From an uncultured virus (IMG/VR IMGVR_UViG_3300035680_001736) (taxonomy: Duplodnaviria > Heunggongvirae > Uroviricota > Caudoviricetes), in IMG/VR virus record IMGVR_UViG_3300035680_001736: DNA of 64,000 nucleotides. One strand, written 5' to 3'. The position numbers and the translations under genes are program-made. The notes under the pieces are model-generated. The model searched no databases and was not told the origin of the DNA. It saw nothing but the letters and a program-made list of their open reading frames with translations. Positions 39,616-49,145 of the stretch are shown here, piece by piece (positions within the stretch are counted from its first letter, which is position 1; each line of letters starts with the position of its first letter).

Positions 39616-41529
39616 ATGGCATCAGTTGATGTAAATGTTGACTATAAAAAGGTTCAAGATAAAATCAAGGCCAATAAATCGTATAATTCATTAAAAACTG
39701 ATTACGATAACATAACAAAAAAGGCGGGTGATAGTTTTGAACAGAATAAGTCAGATGTTACGACTTCTTTAAATGATGTTAAAAACCAAGTTAACAGATA
39801 TCAAAGAGAAGTCAAAACCCAATTTTCCCAACTTTTAGACATAAATAATTTATCGTCTCCATATGGTTCAAACACAGTCAATTATTTAAAAAAACAATTA
39901 ATTAGAGCATTAAAAAATTGTGAACCACAAATTAAAGAGTTACTTTTAGAGGAAAGTTTTAACATGGTTGGGTGTAACCAAGACCAAGAGTATGTTGCAC
40001 AAGACATTTATATAAAGGTTAATTCAATAGATATTGGTAAAATTTTACTTAACTACACCCCATTAGAAAAACCTGGAAAAATTTTATATGAGAAAGAACC
40101 GGCAAATGCTCCACAGTTATATCCATTTTCTATGAACCGTGAACTTTGGAATAGGATTCAGAGTTCGTCTTCGTATTTTGGTGATTATGGAGCATATTAT
40201 AAGGGAGCATCAGGTCAAGATTTGTTTGATATTCAGTATGTTGAAACTAACGCAATTGGAGAGACGGGACCCTATTTCAAAGTTACTTTACAGGATAGGA
40301 ATTCATCAATAAATAAAGTTAAAGAATTCATGGTTGATTATTTTCAATCAATTAAAATCTTTGATTTTAATGTAACGATGGCTCAAATAATGAACTCATT
40401 AAGTGGCGCTATAAGTATTAAAGCAAACATAGGTATTGTTGAGGTTACTGACCAAAAAAAGTTTGAGAGGATATTACAAAGAATTTTGGGATTGTGTTTT
40501 GATAATAAACAACAAATTGATGTTAGTGGAATTGCTAAAATAGGTGAATTAGATAATATTGATGAATCTTTTTTTGAATTCACTGATTTGGATTTAAGAA
40601 CAATCGAACAAGAAGTTGAGAATGTTAAAAAAGGAGTTGTTGAATATTTGGACTGTACCGATGTAAAACTACCTGTGGATGCCTCGTCTATTATAGATTC
40701 ATTGGACCAAATGAATTTCATACCTGACGATAATTTAGTTGATGCCGCAAACAATGTGACAGATTCTTTAATTAATAATCCCGAGTGGTCAAAAATTGGT
40801 TTACGAGGAAACATACAAGCATCGGTTAATCTCAACTTTATTAAACTAATCTCTCAAGGATTAGTTTCAGGAATGATGGTACCAAAAATACTACTTCCAA
40901 TAATGGTAATGTTAAAATCAATCGGTAATAATATTGATGATAGAATTAATAGTCTGATGGACTTTTTAAGAGAATTTAAAAGTAGAGCGATAGATTTTAT
41001 CTCTAAGGTGGGGGCAATTTTTGTAAAAGAATTATTTAATATAATTAAAAAAGATATCAAAAATTTAATTCAACAAATCGTATTGGATTTGGCTAGAGAA
41101 AAGGTCGACAAAAGAATTATAATGATTTTAAAATTGATTCAACTATTAATAACGGTAGCTCAATTTATTAGGGATTGGAGGGAATGTAAAAGTGTTGTTG
41201 ATGAATTACTTAGTTTATTACAAATTGCAACAACCGGATGGGGAGGAGAAATTCCTTTACCGTTAGCTCTCGCTAGTAGACTTTTGGATGGTTATTCTTC
41301 TACAAGAGCGTTTATTGGAACTATAGAAGAATTACAAAAAATGGGTATCCCTACCGGTCCTATGCCAGATGGTAGTCCTAATCTAACCGTATTAAGTATG
41401 TTGGGTCAAATGAAAGCCATGTCAGTCGAGGAAGCTGAAAATGGAAAAGTTCAAATAGCCATAGGCCCTTTGGCGATAACACCCGCCGGATTAACTGTAC
41501 CTTCATCCGCCTTTGGTAAAAAAATATAA
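39616..41529 (+). CDS. Hypothetical virion (baseplate-region) protein
   Basis: 637-aa ORF upstream of the spike gene. Confidence 0.65.
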   Translation: MASVDVNVDYKKVQDKIKANKSYNSLKTDYDNITKKAGDSFEQNKSDVTTSLNDVKNQVNRYQREVKTQFSQLLDINNLSSPYGSNTVNYLKKQLIRALKNCEPQIKELLLEESFNMVGCNQDQEYVAQDIYIKVNSIDIGKILLNYTPLEKPGKILYEKEPANAPQLYPFSMNRELWNRIQSSSSYFGDYGAYYKGASGQDLFDIQYVETNAIGETGPYFKVTLQDRNSSINKVKEFMVDYFQSIKIFDFNVTMAQIMNSLSGAISIKANIGIVEVTDQKKFERILQRILGLCFDNKQQIDVSGIAKIGELDNIDESFFEFTDLDLRTIEQEVENVKKGVVEYLDCTDVKLPVDASSIIDSLDQMNFIPDDNLVDAANNVTDSLINNPEWSKIGLRGNIQASVNLNFIKLISQGLVSGMMVPKILLPIMVMLKSIGNNIDDRINSLMDFLREFKSRAIDFISKVGAIFVKELFNIIKKDIKNLIQQIVLDLAREKVDKRIIMILKLIQLLITVAQFIRDWRECKSVVDELLSLLQIATTGWGGEIPLPLALASRLLDGYSSTRAFIGTIEELQKMGIPTGPMPDGSPNLTVLSMLGQMKAMSVEEAENGKVQIAIGPLAITPAGLTVPSSAFGKKI

Positions 41530-41531
41530 CT

Positions 41532-41747
41532 ATGATTGATATGAAAGATTCGGAAAAAACAAGTAGGATTATAAAAGAATATAAATCGTCATCAAATAAG
41601 GATTTAACATTTGCGATGGATTTTATTCAAAAAGATTTTAATTTTACTAAAGAAAGAATTATAGAATTAACTAATCATTTAGATAAATTAGAAGTTTTAT
41701 ACAACAAACTTTTATCAGAACATCAAGATAGAACCAAAACAAAATGA
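41532..41747 (+). CDS. Small coiled-coil protein
   Basis: 71-aa ORF, ATGA overlap with the next gene. Confidence 0.65.
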   Translation: MIDMKDSEKTSRIIKEYKSSSNKDLTFAMDFIQKDFNFTKERIIELTNHLDKLEVLYNKLLSEHQDRTKTK

Positions 41748-43357
41748 ACATAAATAAAAATAATGAACATCAAATAATATTTCCTGGTGAGGTAATAAGT
41801 AGGTATGACCCTAAAATGTTAGGTAGGGTAAGAGCAAAACCCATTTACAGTGAATATGTTTCTGAGATGTTAAAATCTGTTGATAAAACTTATTTACGTG
41901 ATGATGAGAAAGATTTAAAAACAGAGTTTTGGTGGGGAGAAAATGACATTTTTATACTTTTACCTTTATTACCGTTCTACATAAGTCAAGTTCCTGATGA
42001 AGGGGAATATGTCCATATCATTTATCAAAATAAAAAGTTTTTATTTGGTAATCAGTTCTATATTCAAGGACCTTTTTCGTCCCCAATGAATTCTGATTTT
42101 GAGACTAGACCTTCATCTGAATCTATTTTATCGGCGGGCGATAGATATAAATTAGGTATTAATTTAAAAGATAATTTTAACGTATATAATGATGATGTAA
42201 GTTCCGGAATATTTCCCGAGCCAGGAGATAACGCTTTATTAGGTAGGGGTAGTGCCGATGTTATTGTTAAACCTGAGGAGGTTTTAATAAGAGCAGGTAA
42301 AACTGTCACTAGTGACTTAACACCTCAAGATTATCCTAAATCTAAAAATAGCAGAGCCTTTCTACAACTTTCTAATTTTTTATCATCCGCAGTCCAAGGG
42401 GAAACTGAAACCAGTTTTGATGTTAGTAAAGTTATAACTAAATTAAAAAGAATTATAATTTGGAATATTGATAGTGGTGTATTAGGAAACTCGGCCAATA
42501 ATTTTTCAGGTAGTATAACACTCCATAGAATGTTAGAGACTACAAGTGCAACCACTGATAATTTTAAATTGGGGTCAATTAGTACTTTAACTTCAGGTAC
42601 CGATTATGGGAATGAAATAGAGGGTATTAGGTTTTCAAATAAAACAATCGAGGAGGTAATATATACATTTAATACATTTATAGATAGTGTATTTGATGGT
42701 ACTGTGTTATATAATGATAGTGTTGTAAATAGTAGGTCTAATTTCCAAGATGCCGATAGATTTCCGTTTGCGGTATCTCCATCTAAAATTACATATCAAG
42801 AAGGTCTAACATTATCAGAACATGTTGACCCAAGTGACGTTCAAGAAAGTGTTAATTATTTCAAATTACAAAAAGGGATTAAAGTTAAATCAAACAATTT
42901 TCAAACGGGTTGTTTTGTCGTATCAAATAATACAAATAATGTCCCAACTATTGGTCCTTCTACTAAAACTAACAGAAGACAAGATACTAAAATTGATGTT
43001 TTTTCTAGTCCGGTTACTTATTCCGTATTGGGAGGACAAAAACTATATTTATTATCTCATAATATTACAGGACCTAAAGGAAGAATTGATTTAACAAATA
43101 CCATATATGGTATACCCGATATTGAATTTACTAAACCTGGTGGAATACAAGAAAAAACATACCCAACAGTTAGAGGTGATGAATTAATTAAACTACTTAG
43201 GAAGATATTTGAATTTGTTAAAGGTCACGTTCATCCTGTGGCTCCAAGTCCTCCAGTACCTGTTTCATCAGGTAACGGACAAACAACTTTAGAGATAGAC
43301 CAATTACTTGCCGATGCTGAAAATACTATTCTGAATCAAGAAATCAGAATCAATTGA
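41744..43357 (+). CDS. Baseplate central spike (gp5/gpV-like)
   Basis: N-terminal OB-fold motif DPKMLGRVRA...P..GEYV; GDNALLGRG; C-terminal VRGDEL...HVHP (HxH apex motif). Confidence 0.7.
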   Translation: MNINKNNEHQIIFPGEVISRYDPKMLGRVRAKPIYSEYVSEMLKSVDKTYLRDDEKDLKTEFWWGENDIFILLPLLPFYISQVPDEGEYVHIIYQNKKFLFGNQFYIQGPFSSPMNSDFETRPSSESILSAGDRYKLGINLKDNFNVYNDDVSSGIFPEPGDNALLGRGSADVIVKPEEVLIRAGKTVTSDLTPQDYPKSKNSRAFLQLSNFLSSAVQGETETSFDVSKVITKLKRIIIWNIDSGVLGNSANNFSGSITLHRMLETTSATTDNFKLGSISTLTSGTDYGNEIEGIRFSNKTIEEVIYTFNTFIDSVFDGTVLYNDSVVNSRSNFQDADRFPFAVSPSKITYQEGLTLSEHVDPSDVQESVNYFKLQKGIKVKSNNFQTGCFVVSNNTNNVPTIGPSTKTNRRQDTKIDVFSSPVTYSVLGGQKLYLLSHNITGPKGRIDLTNTIYGIPDIEFTKPGGIQEKTYPTVRGDELIKLLRKIFEFVKGHVHPVAPSPPVPVSSGNGQTTLEIDQLLADAENTILNQEIRIN

Positions 43358-43379
43358 TATTTATTGATAAAACATTTTA

Positions 43380-44843
43380 ATGTCAATTAATAATTCTTAT
43401 TTCAGTAAAAACGATACCATTATATATAGAAGTTATGTTAACACGGGAAGAAATCCTGTTACAGAACTATTCTATGGGTCAACCACCATTAGTCAATATC
43501 CTCAAGGGTTCAGCCGATTTATTTTTGATTTAGACCTGTCTTTATTGAAGGAAAAAGTTACCGATGGGGTCATTACATTAGATTGTAATGATAGTGTTAG
43601 ACATGTTTTAAGAATGACAAATACAGGGTTTTTTGGTGGTGACGACTTATTAAACCAAAACACATCACAAAACAGAAAAAGAGCAACGTCATTTGATTTA
43701 ATATTATTTAGAATACCTACAAACCAAATTTGGGATGAGGGTGTTGGATATGATTACGGGGATTTGGTTTACGAATTTAGTGAATTTGATGAATCTTACT
43801 CAATAAGACCTACCAATTGGTATCAAAGAACCACTATTGATTTATGGTCTGAGTCAGGAATTTACAATAACAAAAATCAGGGTTCGGTTAATTACAGCGG
43901 ATTGACCATTATTGACACACAACATTTTCAATTTGGTAATGAAAACATTAGTTTTGATATGACCAATGAAATTAATTCAATTTTAAATGGTTCATTAAGT
44001 GGTGTTTCAGGATGGGGAATTGCATACGTACCCGAAATTGAGAATTTAGAAGGTTTAACCGATGCATATGAAACTCAATTCTTTACAAGACACACCCAAA
44101 CTTTTTACGAACCGTTTTTGGAAACAACATATGATGATTTAATTCAAGACGATAGAAATGAATTTGTATTAGGTAAAGTTAATAAATTATATCTATATCT
44201 ATTCGATAATGGAAATCCAATAAATTTGGATGTCAATCCTACTGTATCAATTTTAGACCCTTATGGTAGAGGTATTGTTGGATTAACAGGTTTAACTTCG
44301 TGTAGAAGAACTAAGGGTGTTTATGAAATCACATTACCTCCTTTAGCCGGTTATAAAACTCCATGTATGTTTACTGACAAATGGACAAATCTAATTTTAA
44401 ATGGATTTGATATTGGTGATGTGACCAACACTTTTTCGGTATACCCGATGAAAAAATCAATCCAAATTGGACCAAAATCTCAAGACCCAAAATTATATGG
44501 ATTTGATTTCTATGGATTAAAACAAGATGAAAAGATTTATAATACAGACATTAGAAAAGTAGGTGTTATAATAAAACAAGCCTATACCACTCAAAAACTA
44601 TTACCAAACGTTGACGCTTATTACCGAGTTTATGTTAGGGAAGGTCAAACCGAAGTTCAAGTACAGGATTGGACAAAACTAAATAGAACTCCAAACGAAT
44701 ATTATTTCATATTTGATACTCGTGATAAAATACCAAATGAATATTTTGTCGATATGAAAGTTGAAAGTAGTGGGGAAATAAACACATATAAAAGAACCAT
44801 CAAATTTCAAATAGTCAACTTGAAATATTTTGAGGATTTATGA
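43380..44843 (+). CDS. Putative baseplate/virion structural protein
   Basis: Beta-rich 487-aa ORF after the spike; preceded by GATATTTAT. Confidence 0.65.
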   Translation: MSINNSYFSKNDTIIYRSYVNTGRNPVTELFYGSTTISQYPQGFSRFIFDLDLSLLKEKVTDGVITLDCNDSVRHVLRMTNTGFFGGDDLLNQNTSQNRKRATSFDLILFRIPTNQIWDEGVGYDYGDLVYEFSEFDESYSIRPTNWYQRTTIDLWSESGIYNNKNQGSVNYSGLTIIDTQHFQFGNENISFDMTNEINSILNGSLSGVSGWGIAYVPEIENLEGLTDAYETQFFTRHTQTFYEPFLETTYDDLIQDDRNEFVLGKVNKLYLYLFDNGNPINLDVNPTVSILDPYGRGIVGLTGLTSCRRTKGVYEITLPPLAGYKTPCMFTDKWTNLILNGFDIGDVTNTFSVYPMKKSIQIGPKSQDPKLYGFDFYGLKQDEKIYNTDIRKVGVIIKQAYTTQKLLPNVDAYYRVYVREGQTEVQVQDWTKLNRTPNEYYFIFDTRDKIPNEYFVDMKVESSGEINTYKRTIKFQIVNLKYFEDL

Positions 44844-44865
44844 TATTTATAATAAAATATTTTTC

Positions 44866-45690
44866 ATGAAAAATTTATTTGTAATAACAGAAGAAGAAAA
44901 AAATAGAATAATAGGTCTTCACGAGTCAGCAACTAAAAATCATTATTTGATTAATGAGGTATCATACGGTACTGGAAATTGGGTTGAGGTGGATTTAAAT
45001 GCTAAAACTTTAATTTTGAATAACTACCTAGAAATGGAACGAGCGGATGGTACTATGAACCGTGAATTAAAGTTAAACAAAGGTACTAAATTTGTTAAAG
45101 GTTCCTCTAAATTTTTAATATCAAAGGGTATTCCGTATCAATTGGTTGATGACTTGACTGGTATAGTTTTAGAGAACTTAACCGGAGATGTTTATTATTA
45201 CTGTGATTCAAAAAGGTTTGGAACTAATAAGGATAATATTCAATACTTTGGGGAAAATTTTCAATCTGCGGTTCAAAAAGCCTTTGACGATTTATGTGGG
45301 GTATTAGATAAAGAACAACAACTTGTTGTTGCGGATAGGGACCAATTAGAAAAATGGAATAATTACCAATGTGTTATTAATCATCCTAACGCTAAACAAG
45401 TAAAAAATCCATCCGGTTCTATAGTTTATACAATTAATGGTGAAACTTATTTTAATAATGGTCGTAAGCGTCTTGCTGATGGAACCATGATGAACTATAC
45501 TTGTAATGATGAAATTTTTAAAGTTCAGACCAAAACAGAAACAGATGGAACTGGTGGTTTAAAAGGTGGCCAAGAAAATCCAAATGTTACAAGAATTAAA
45601 GATTTACAAACTAAGGTAGGGGTGGAAAAAGTTGATGGAATTTTAGGACCAAAAACATTAAAAGCGATAATGGATAAACTCTCTCAATAA
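44866..45690 (+). CDS. Protein with a C-terminal peptidoglycan-binding-like motif
   Basis: IKDLQTKVG...VDGILGPKTLKAI; start moved to ATG 44866. Confidence 0.7.
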   Translation: MKNLFVITEEEKNRIIGLHESATKNHYLINEVSYGTGNWVEVDLNAKTLILNNYLEMERADGTMNRELKLNKGTKFVKGSSKFLISKGIPYQLVDDLTGIVLENLTGDVYYYCDSKRFGTNKDNIQYFGENFQSAVQKAFDDLCGVLDKEQQLVVADRDQLEKWNNYQCVINHPNAKQVKNPSGSIVYTINGETYFNNGRKRLADGTMMNYTCNDEIFKVQTKTETDGTGGLKGGQENPNVTRIKDLQTKVGVEKVDGILGPKTLKAIMDKLSQ

Positions 45691-45700
45691 TATAAAAAAA

Positions 45701-46354
45701 ATGAACAAAAGATTTATTTTAACAGAAGAAGATAAAAATGAAATAGTGAGTTTATACTCTCAAAAAAATATTGTTTTAGAACAAGCTGCGGAAAAACCAG
45801 TAACTCTCATTGATGTTCAGAATAAACTAGTTGAATTAGGTCATGATTTAGGTAAGACAGGTGCTGACGGTAAGTTTGGTAAAATGACTTATTCAGCAAT
45901 AACTCAAGCGATTAGTGATATAGAACAAAGAAAACAATCTCAAAAAGGTAAAGAAGCGATTACCCCAATGGCAACAAGAGACGTGAAATTGGAGTTACCA
46001 ACTAATACAGATGTTAAACTTCAGATTCCAACAACATCTCCTTTATCCAATTTGAACAAAGACATTAAAACACAATACGATGCCACCCAGGCGATTGAAA
46101 TGGCGAAATTAGAAGCGGATAAAGTTAAACAACAAGGTAAGGCCGATAAAGAAATGTGTAGAACGATAGGTAGAGCTGTCAATCCAATAAATCCATTTTC
46201 TAAAAGTGTTGCTAGTCAATCGCTATGTGACGCTCTTAGAAATTGTATGAAAAATGATATGTTAGTTAGAGATGATTCTGTTTATACCGCTTGTAACGCA
46301 TATCCTGAACAGAAACCAGTACAGTCTACTGTTAACCCACAAACAACTGCGTAG
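45701..46354 (+). CDS. Protein with an N-terminal peptidoglycan-binding-like motif
   Basis: VQNKLVELGHDLG..GADGKFGKMTYSAI. Confidence 0.7.
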   Translation: MNKRFILTEEDKNEIVSLYSQKNIVLEQAAEKPVTLIDVQNKLVELGHDLGKTGADGKFGKMTYSAITQAISDIEQRKQSQKGKEAITPMATRDVKLELPTNTDVKLQIPTTSPLSNLNKDIKTQYDATQAIEMAKLEADKVKQQGKADKEMCRTIGRAVNPINPFSKSVASQSLCDALRNCMKNDMLVRDDSVYTACNAYPEQKPVQSTVNPQTTA

Positions 46355-46356
46355 GT

Positions 46357-46596
46357 TTAACTATTTTCGGTAGGTTCTTCAGTACTTTTCGAAATAACTC
46401 GTATTGCTTTAGATATTACCTCAGTTTCTCCTATAGAATAAGTACCCAAATGATGGGCATGCTTAACCGCTTGTACCAATAGATAAATTGCCTCTTTTTG
46501 AGACATTGTTGTTAATATTAACTCCAAATGTTCCTCACTTATTAATGAAACTGAGTTAAATAATTTACCAAATTCTTTGTTTTCACTATTTTCCAT
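46357..46596 (-). CDS. Hypothetical protein
   Basis: 79-aa ATG ORF filling the intergenic gap. Confidence 0.6.
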   Translation of the reverse strand: MENSENKEFGKLFNSVSLISEEHLELILTTMSQKEAIYLLVQAVKHAHHLGTYSIGETEVISKAIRVISKSTEEPTENS

Positions 46597-46647
46597 TTTA
46601 CTGTAATTAGATATTTATAATTATAGTCAATAAAAAACACATTGTTA

Positions 46648-47367
46648 ATGGATTTAAAAAATAAAATTATACAATACTTAAAAGAGGCCACTTCTGAAAG
46701 TGGTAGTAGAGGTTCTTACAGTTTACCGTTACAACCAGGATTAAAAAAATTTGATAAAAATCAATTATCCCCATTTTCAATTCAAGTTTCAAAATACGAC
46801 AATGCCGAGTTAAACTATGATAGTTTAGACGGACACATGGATGAACCTAAAAAAAAGATTAAAAAAATGGAAAAAAAATCCAATAAAATATCTAACTATA
46901 AAAAAAATCATCCCACTATTAATGACGATGACGGAGATATAATTAACCCAACACCTGGTAAACTTAATGAATGGATTGAGATTACTGAAAGTACTGTATT
47001 AGAGGATTTAGGGGTATGGTTTGGTACTAAAAAGAAACCTAAAGGAAGTAAACAACCAAAGGGTCCATGGGTTAATATATGTCGTAAAAAAGAAGGTGGT
47101 GGTCATCCGCCTTGTGGTAGACCTGATGCTGATTCTAAGGGTTATCCAAAATGCAGAGCTGCGGGTGTTGCCTCTAAAATGACAGACGCTCAAAAAAGGT
47201 CCGCTTGTCAACAAAAAAGAAAAGCCGAAAAAAGTAACCCAAAATCAGGAACTGGTAATTCACCAACTATGGTTTCATACAAACCAAAAAAACAAAACGA
47301 ACAAATTAAACTTACTGAGAGTCAAATCAAGAGACTTATCAATACGGTTTTAAACAACGGTCTTTGA
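46648..47367 (+). CDS. Basic Cys-containing protein (DUF5872-like WF...WV...CGR...YPKC domain)
   Basis: LGVWFG...WVNIC...CGR...GYPKCR; C-terminal KLTESQIKRLI tag. Confidence 0.6.
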   Translation: MDLKNKIIQYLKEATSESGSRGSYSLPLQPGLKKFDKNQLSPFSIQVSKYDNAELNYDSLDGHMDEPKKKIKKMEKKSNKISNYKKNHPTINDDDGDIINPTPGKLNEWIEITESTVLEDLGVWFGTKKKPKGSKQPKGPWVNICRKKEGGGHPPCGRPDADSKGYPKCRAAGVASKMTDAQKRSACQQKRKAEKSNPKSGTGNSPTMVSYKPKKQNEQIKLTESQIKRLINTVLNNGL

Positions 47368-47772
47368 TTCATACGAACTTATAGTTGTGAATATCTTATC
47401 TAAAGAGTGTTTAATTTGACCTTCTAATTCACGTTCCATAATCTTAGCCCTAATCTCCATTTCTTTAAAGAAGAAATTGTTTAACTTTTCGGATTGATTT
47501 GGGCTCAATTTAATGAAATAACTATAGGTGTGGTTAGTAATTGTAACCTCGTGTCCATCTTTAGTTATGAATATACCTAATTCTTGGTTTTTAATATACA
47601 TCTTTTCAGAAATTGGCGCAATTAACAATTCTGAATTTTTGTCATGAATTAATTTACGACAAATAAATGTACATTGACTTGTGTTAACTTTCGATAACTC
47701 AGATTCCATAGATGTAAATCTATTTATTTTTCTGAGAAATAACTTGTAGCGGATTATTAACTTTTTTAACAT
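47350..47772 (-). CDS. Hypothetical protein
   Basis: Likely start ATG 47772 (MLKKLIIRY), directly downstream of a host-type promoter. Confidence 0.65.
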   Translation of the reverse strand: MLKKLIIRYKLFLRKINRFTSMESELSKVNTSQCTFICRKLIHDKNSELLIAPISEKMYIKNQELGIFITKDGHEVTITNHTYSYFIKLSPNQSEKLNNFFFKEMEIRAKIMERELEGQIKHSLDKIFTTISSYESKTVV

Positions 47773-47790
47773 ATTAGGTGTTTTGTGGTA

Positions 47791-47821
47791 CAAATATACG
47801 ACAAAACTCCAATCCCACAAA
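47791..47821 (-). promoter_or_regulatory. Bacteroidota-type primary sigma promoter
   Basis: Minus strand TTTG-N19-TATATTTG matches the -33/-7 consensus TTTG/TAnnTTTG. Confidence 0.7.
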
Positions 47822-47822
47822 A

Positions 47823-48350
47823 TTATTTATTTTTTTTAGGTGTTAAAATATAACCTAACTCGACTGCCGCTCCAACGGCTAATGCAGGTAACCACGCTCC
47901 AGTAACAACCGCGGCTACGGCTCCAACAGCGACAATACTAGTACTTACCGTTGCCCTTTTCCACCTGACTTTCTTTTTTTGTTCTTGTGATATTTTTTCT
48001 TGAGCCTGTTCTAATTGGCTTTCCAAATTCTGATTTTTTAATGCAGAATTCATCGCCTCTTCTTCCAAATCTTTGTAGTTATCAAATAAACCAAAAAACG
48101 CATCTCTTGATAATAAGAGAGCGTCTGTACAATCACTTGAGTATTTGAAAATCGAGTCTATCTCACTTTTGTAAGAATCCCTCAACGCTAATCTCTTTAA
48201 TACTTCTCCCTCCTGTCTTTTGGTTAAGAATATCCCAGTGTCCCCTTGGAACACTATCCTCTTGGGACGTATAGTCTGACCAAATCCTGTCCCTATCATG
48301 GTCAACATAAGTACCAATAGAAGGAGTGACTTTTGTAATATTTGTCTCAT
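47823..48350 (-). CDS. Secreted coiled-coil protein with a C-terminal hydrophobic anchor (spanin-like partner)
   Basis: Signal peptide ...GTGFG/Q, coiled coil, C-terminal Ala/Val/Gly-rich hydrophobic segment; 188-nt overlap with the upstream gene. Confidence 0.6.
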   Translation of the reverse strand: MRQILQKSLLLLVLMLTMIGTGFGQTIRPKRIVFQGDTGIFLTKRQEGEVLKRLALRDSYKSEIDSIFKYSSDCTDALLLSRDAFFGLFDNYKDLEEEAMNSALKNQNLESQLEQAQEKISQEQKKKVRWKRATVSTSIVAVGAVAAVVTGAWLPALAVGAAVELGYILTPKKNK

Positions 48351-48591
48351 AATTTATTATAGTTTCATCTTGATAATCACGTTCTCTTTGTAAAAATGAA
48401 AGTAATAATTCTCTATTTGATAATCTTAGTATACTAATAGAATCTCTTAATTGGTTAATTTGATGTGATGTATTAACCTCTTTAGTTGATTCAACTTTAT
48501 GTTTAAAATTATCTTTCAAAAAGAAAATATATGCCAAAAGTAATATAATGGCAAAAATAAAGATATAATCCTTTAATTTACTCTTATTCAT
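48163..48591 (-). CDS. N-terminally anchored membrane protein (i-spanin-like)
   Basis: YIFIFAIILLLAYIFF TM helix, then a coiled coil; overlapped in another frame by the next gene. Confidence 0.55.
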   Translation of the reverse strand: MNKSKLKDYIFIFAIILLLAYIFFLKDNFKHKVESTKEVNTSHQINQLRDSISILRLSNRELLLSFLQRERDYQDETIINYETNITKVTPSIGTYVDHDRDRIWSDYTSQEDSVPRGHWDILNQKTGGRSIKEISVEGFLQK

Positions 48592-49099
48592 TATCTAATA
48601 ATAAGGATAATTTGTTAAAATTCAAGAGACTAATAAATTCAATCCAAGTTTCTAAATCATTTTCATTTCTACCTATGTTTGCAGAGTAGCAACAAAGAAC
48701 TACGTTATCTTTCGTATAACCTTTATTTCTATCTAATCTATCTATTGATGGTTGTTGGGGGTGTTTAGACTTACTTGAAGGGATTAATGGTATTTTAAAC
48801 CAATAGCAAAGTCCTTTTTGATTTTCAAACATTTCATTTATATCATCAACAGTTAATGTATTTTCTATATTTCTGTGTTTAGAATCGTTTATTAGTGTAT
48901 TTTGCCAAAGTCTAACTCTTCTTTCCTTTTGTTTTTGACCTTCGATTTTTCTAAATTCGGAATCTTTCCTTTTGCTTCTTTTATATTCTCTTGTTGATTC
49001 TAATACGCACGTTTTACATCTTAAACCTCTTTGTGATTTATAAAATTCGTCCAAAAATTTTACTTCATTACAAATTTTACATTTTTTTTGTGTGCCCAT
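48584..49099 (-). CDS. Free-standing His-Me finger (HNH/His-Cys-like) endonuclease
   Basis: N-terminal CxxC...CxxC zinc finger; QKGLCY...SIDRLDRNKGYTKDNVVLCC...N; start ATG 49099. Confidence 0.75.
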   Translation of the reverse strand: MGTQKKCKICNEVKFLDEFYKSQRGLRCKTCVLESTREYKRSKRKDSEFRKIEGQKQKERRVRLWQNTLINDSKHRNIENTLTVDDINEMFENQKGLCYWFKIPLIPSSKSKHPQQPSIDRLDRNKGYTKDNVVLCCYSANIGRNENDLETWIEFISLLNFNKLSLLLDNE

Positions 49100-49128
49100 A
49101 TTTATAAATATATGGGTAAACACAAAAA
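49085..49128 (-). promoter_or_regulatory. Hairpin sequestering the endonuclease start codon, with the TATTTAT motif at its apex
   Basis: TTTTTGTGT-tta-CCCATAT-atttataa-ATATGGG-c-ACACAAAAA. Confidence 0.7.
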
Positions 49129-49145
49129 GTTAAAAAAAAGAAGAA

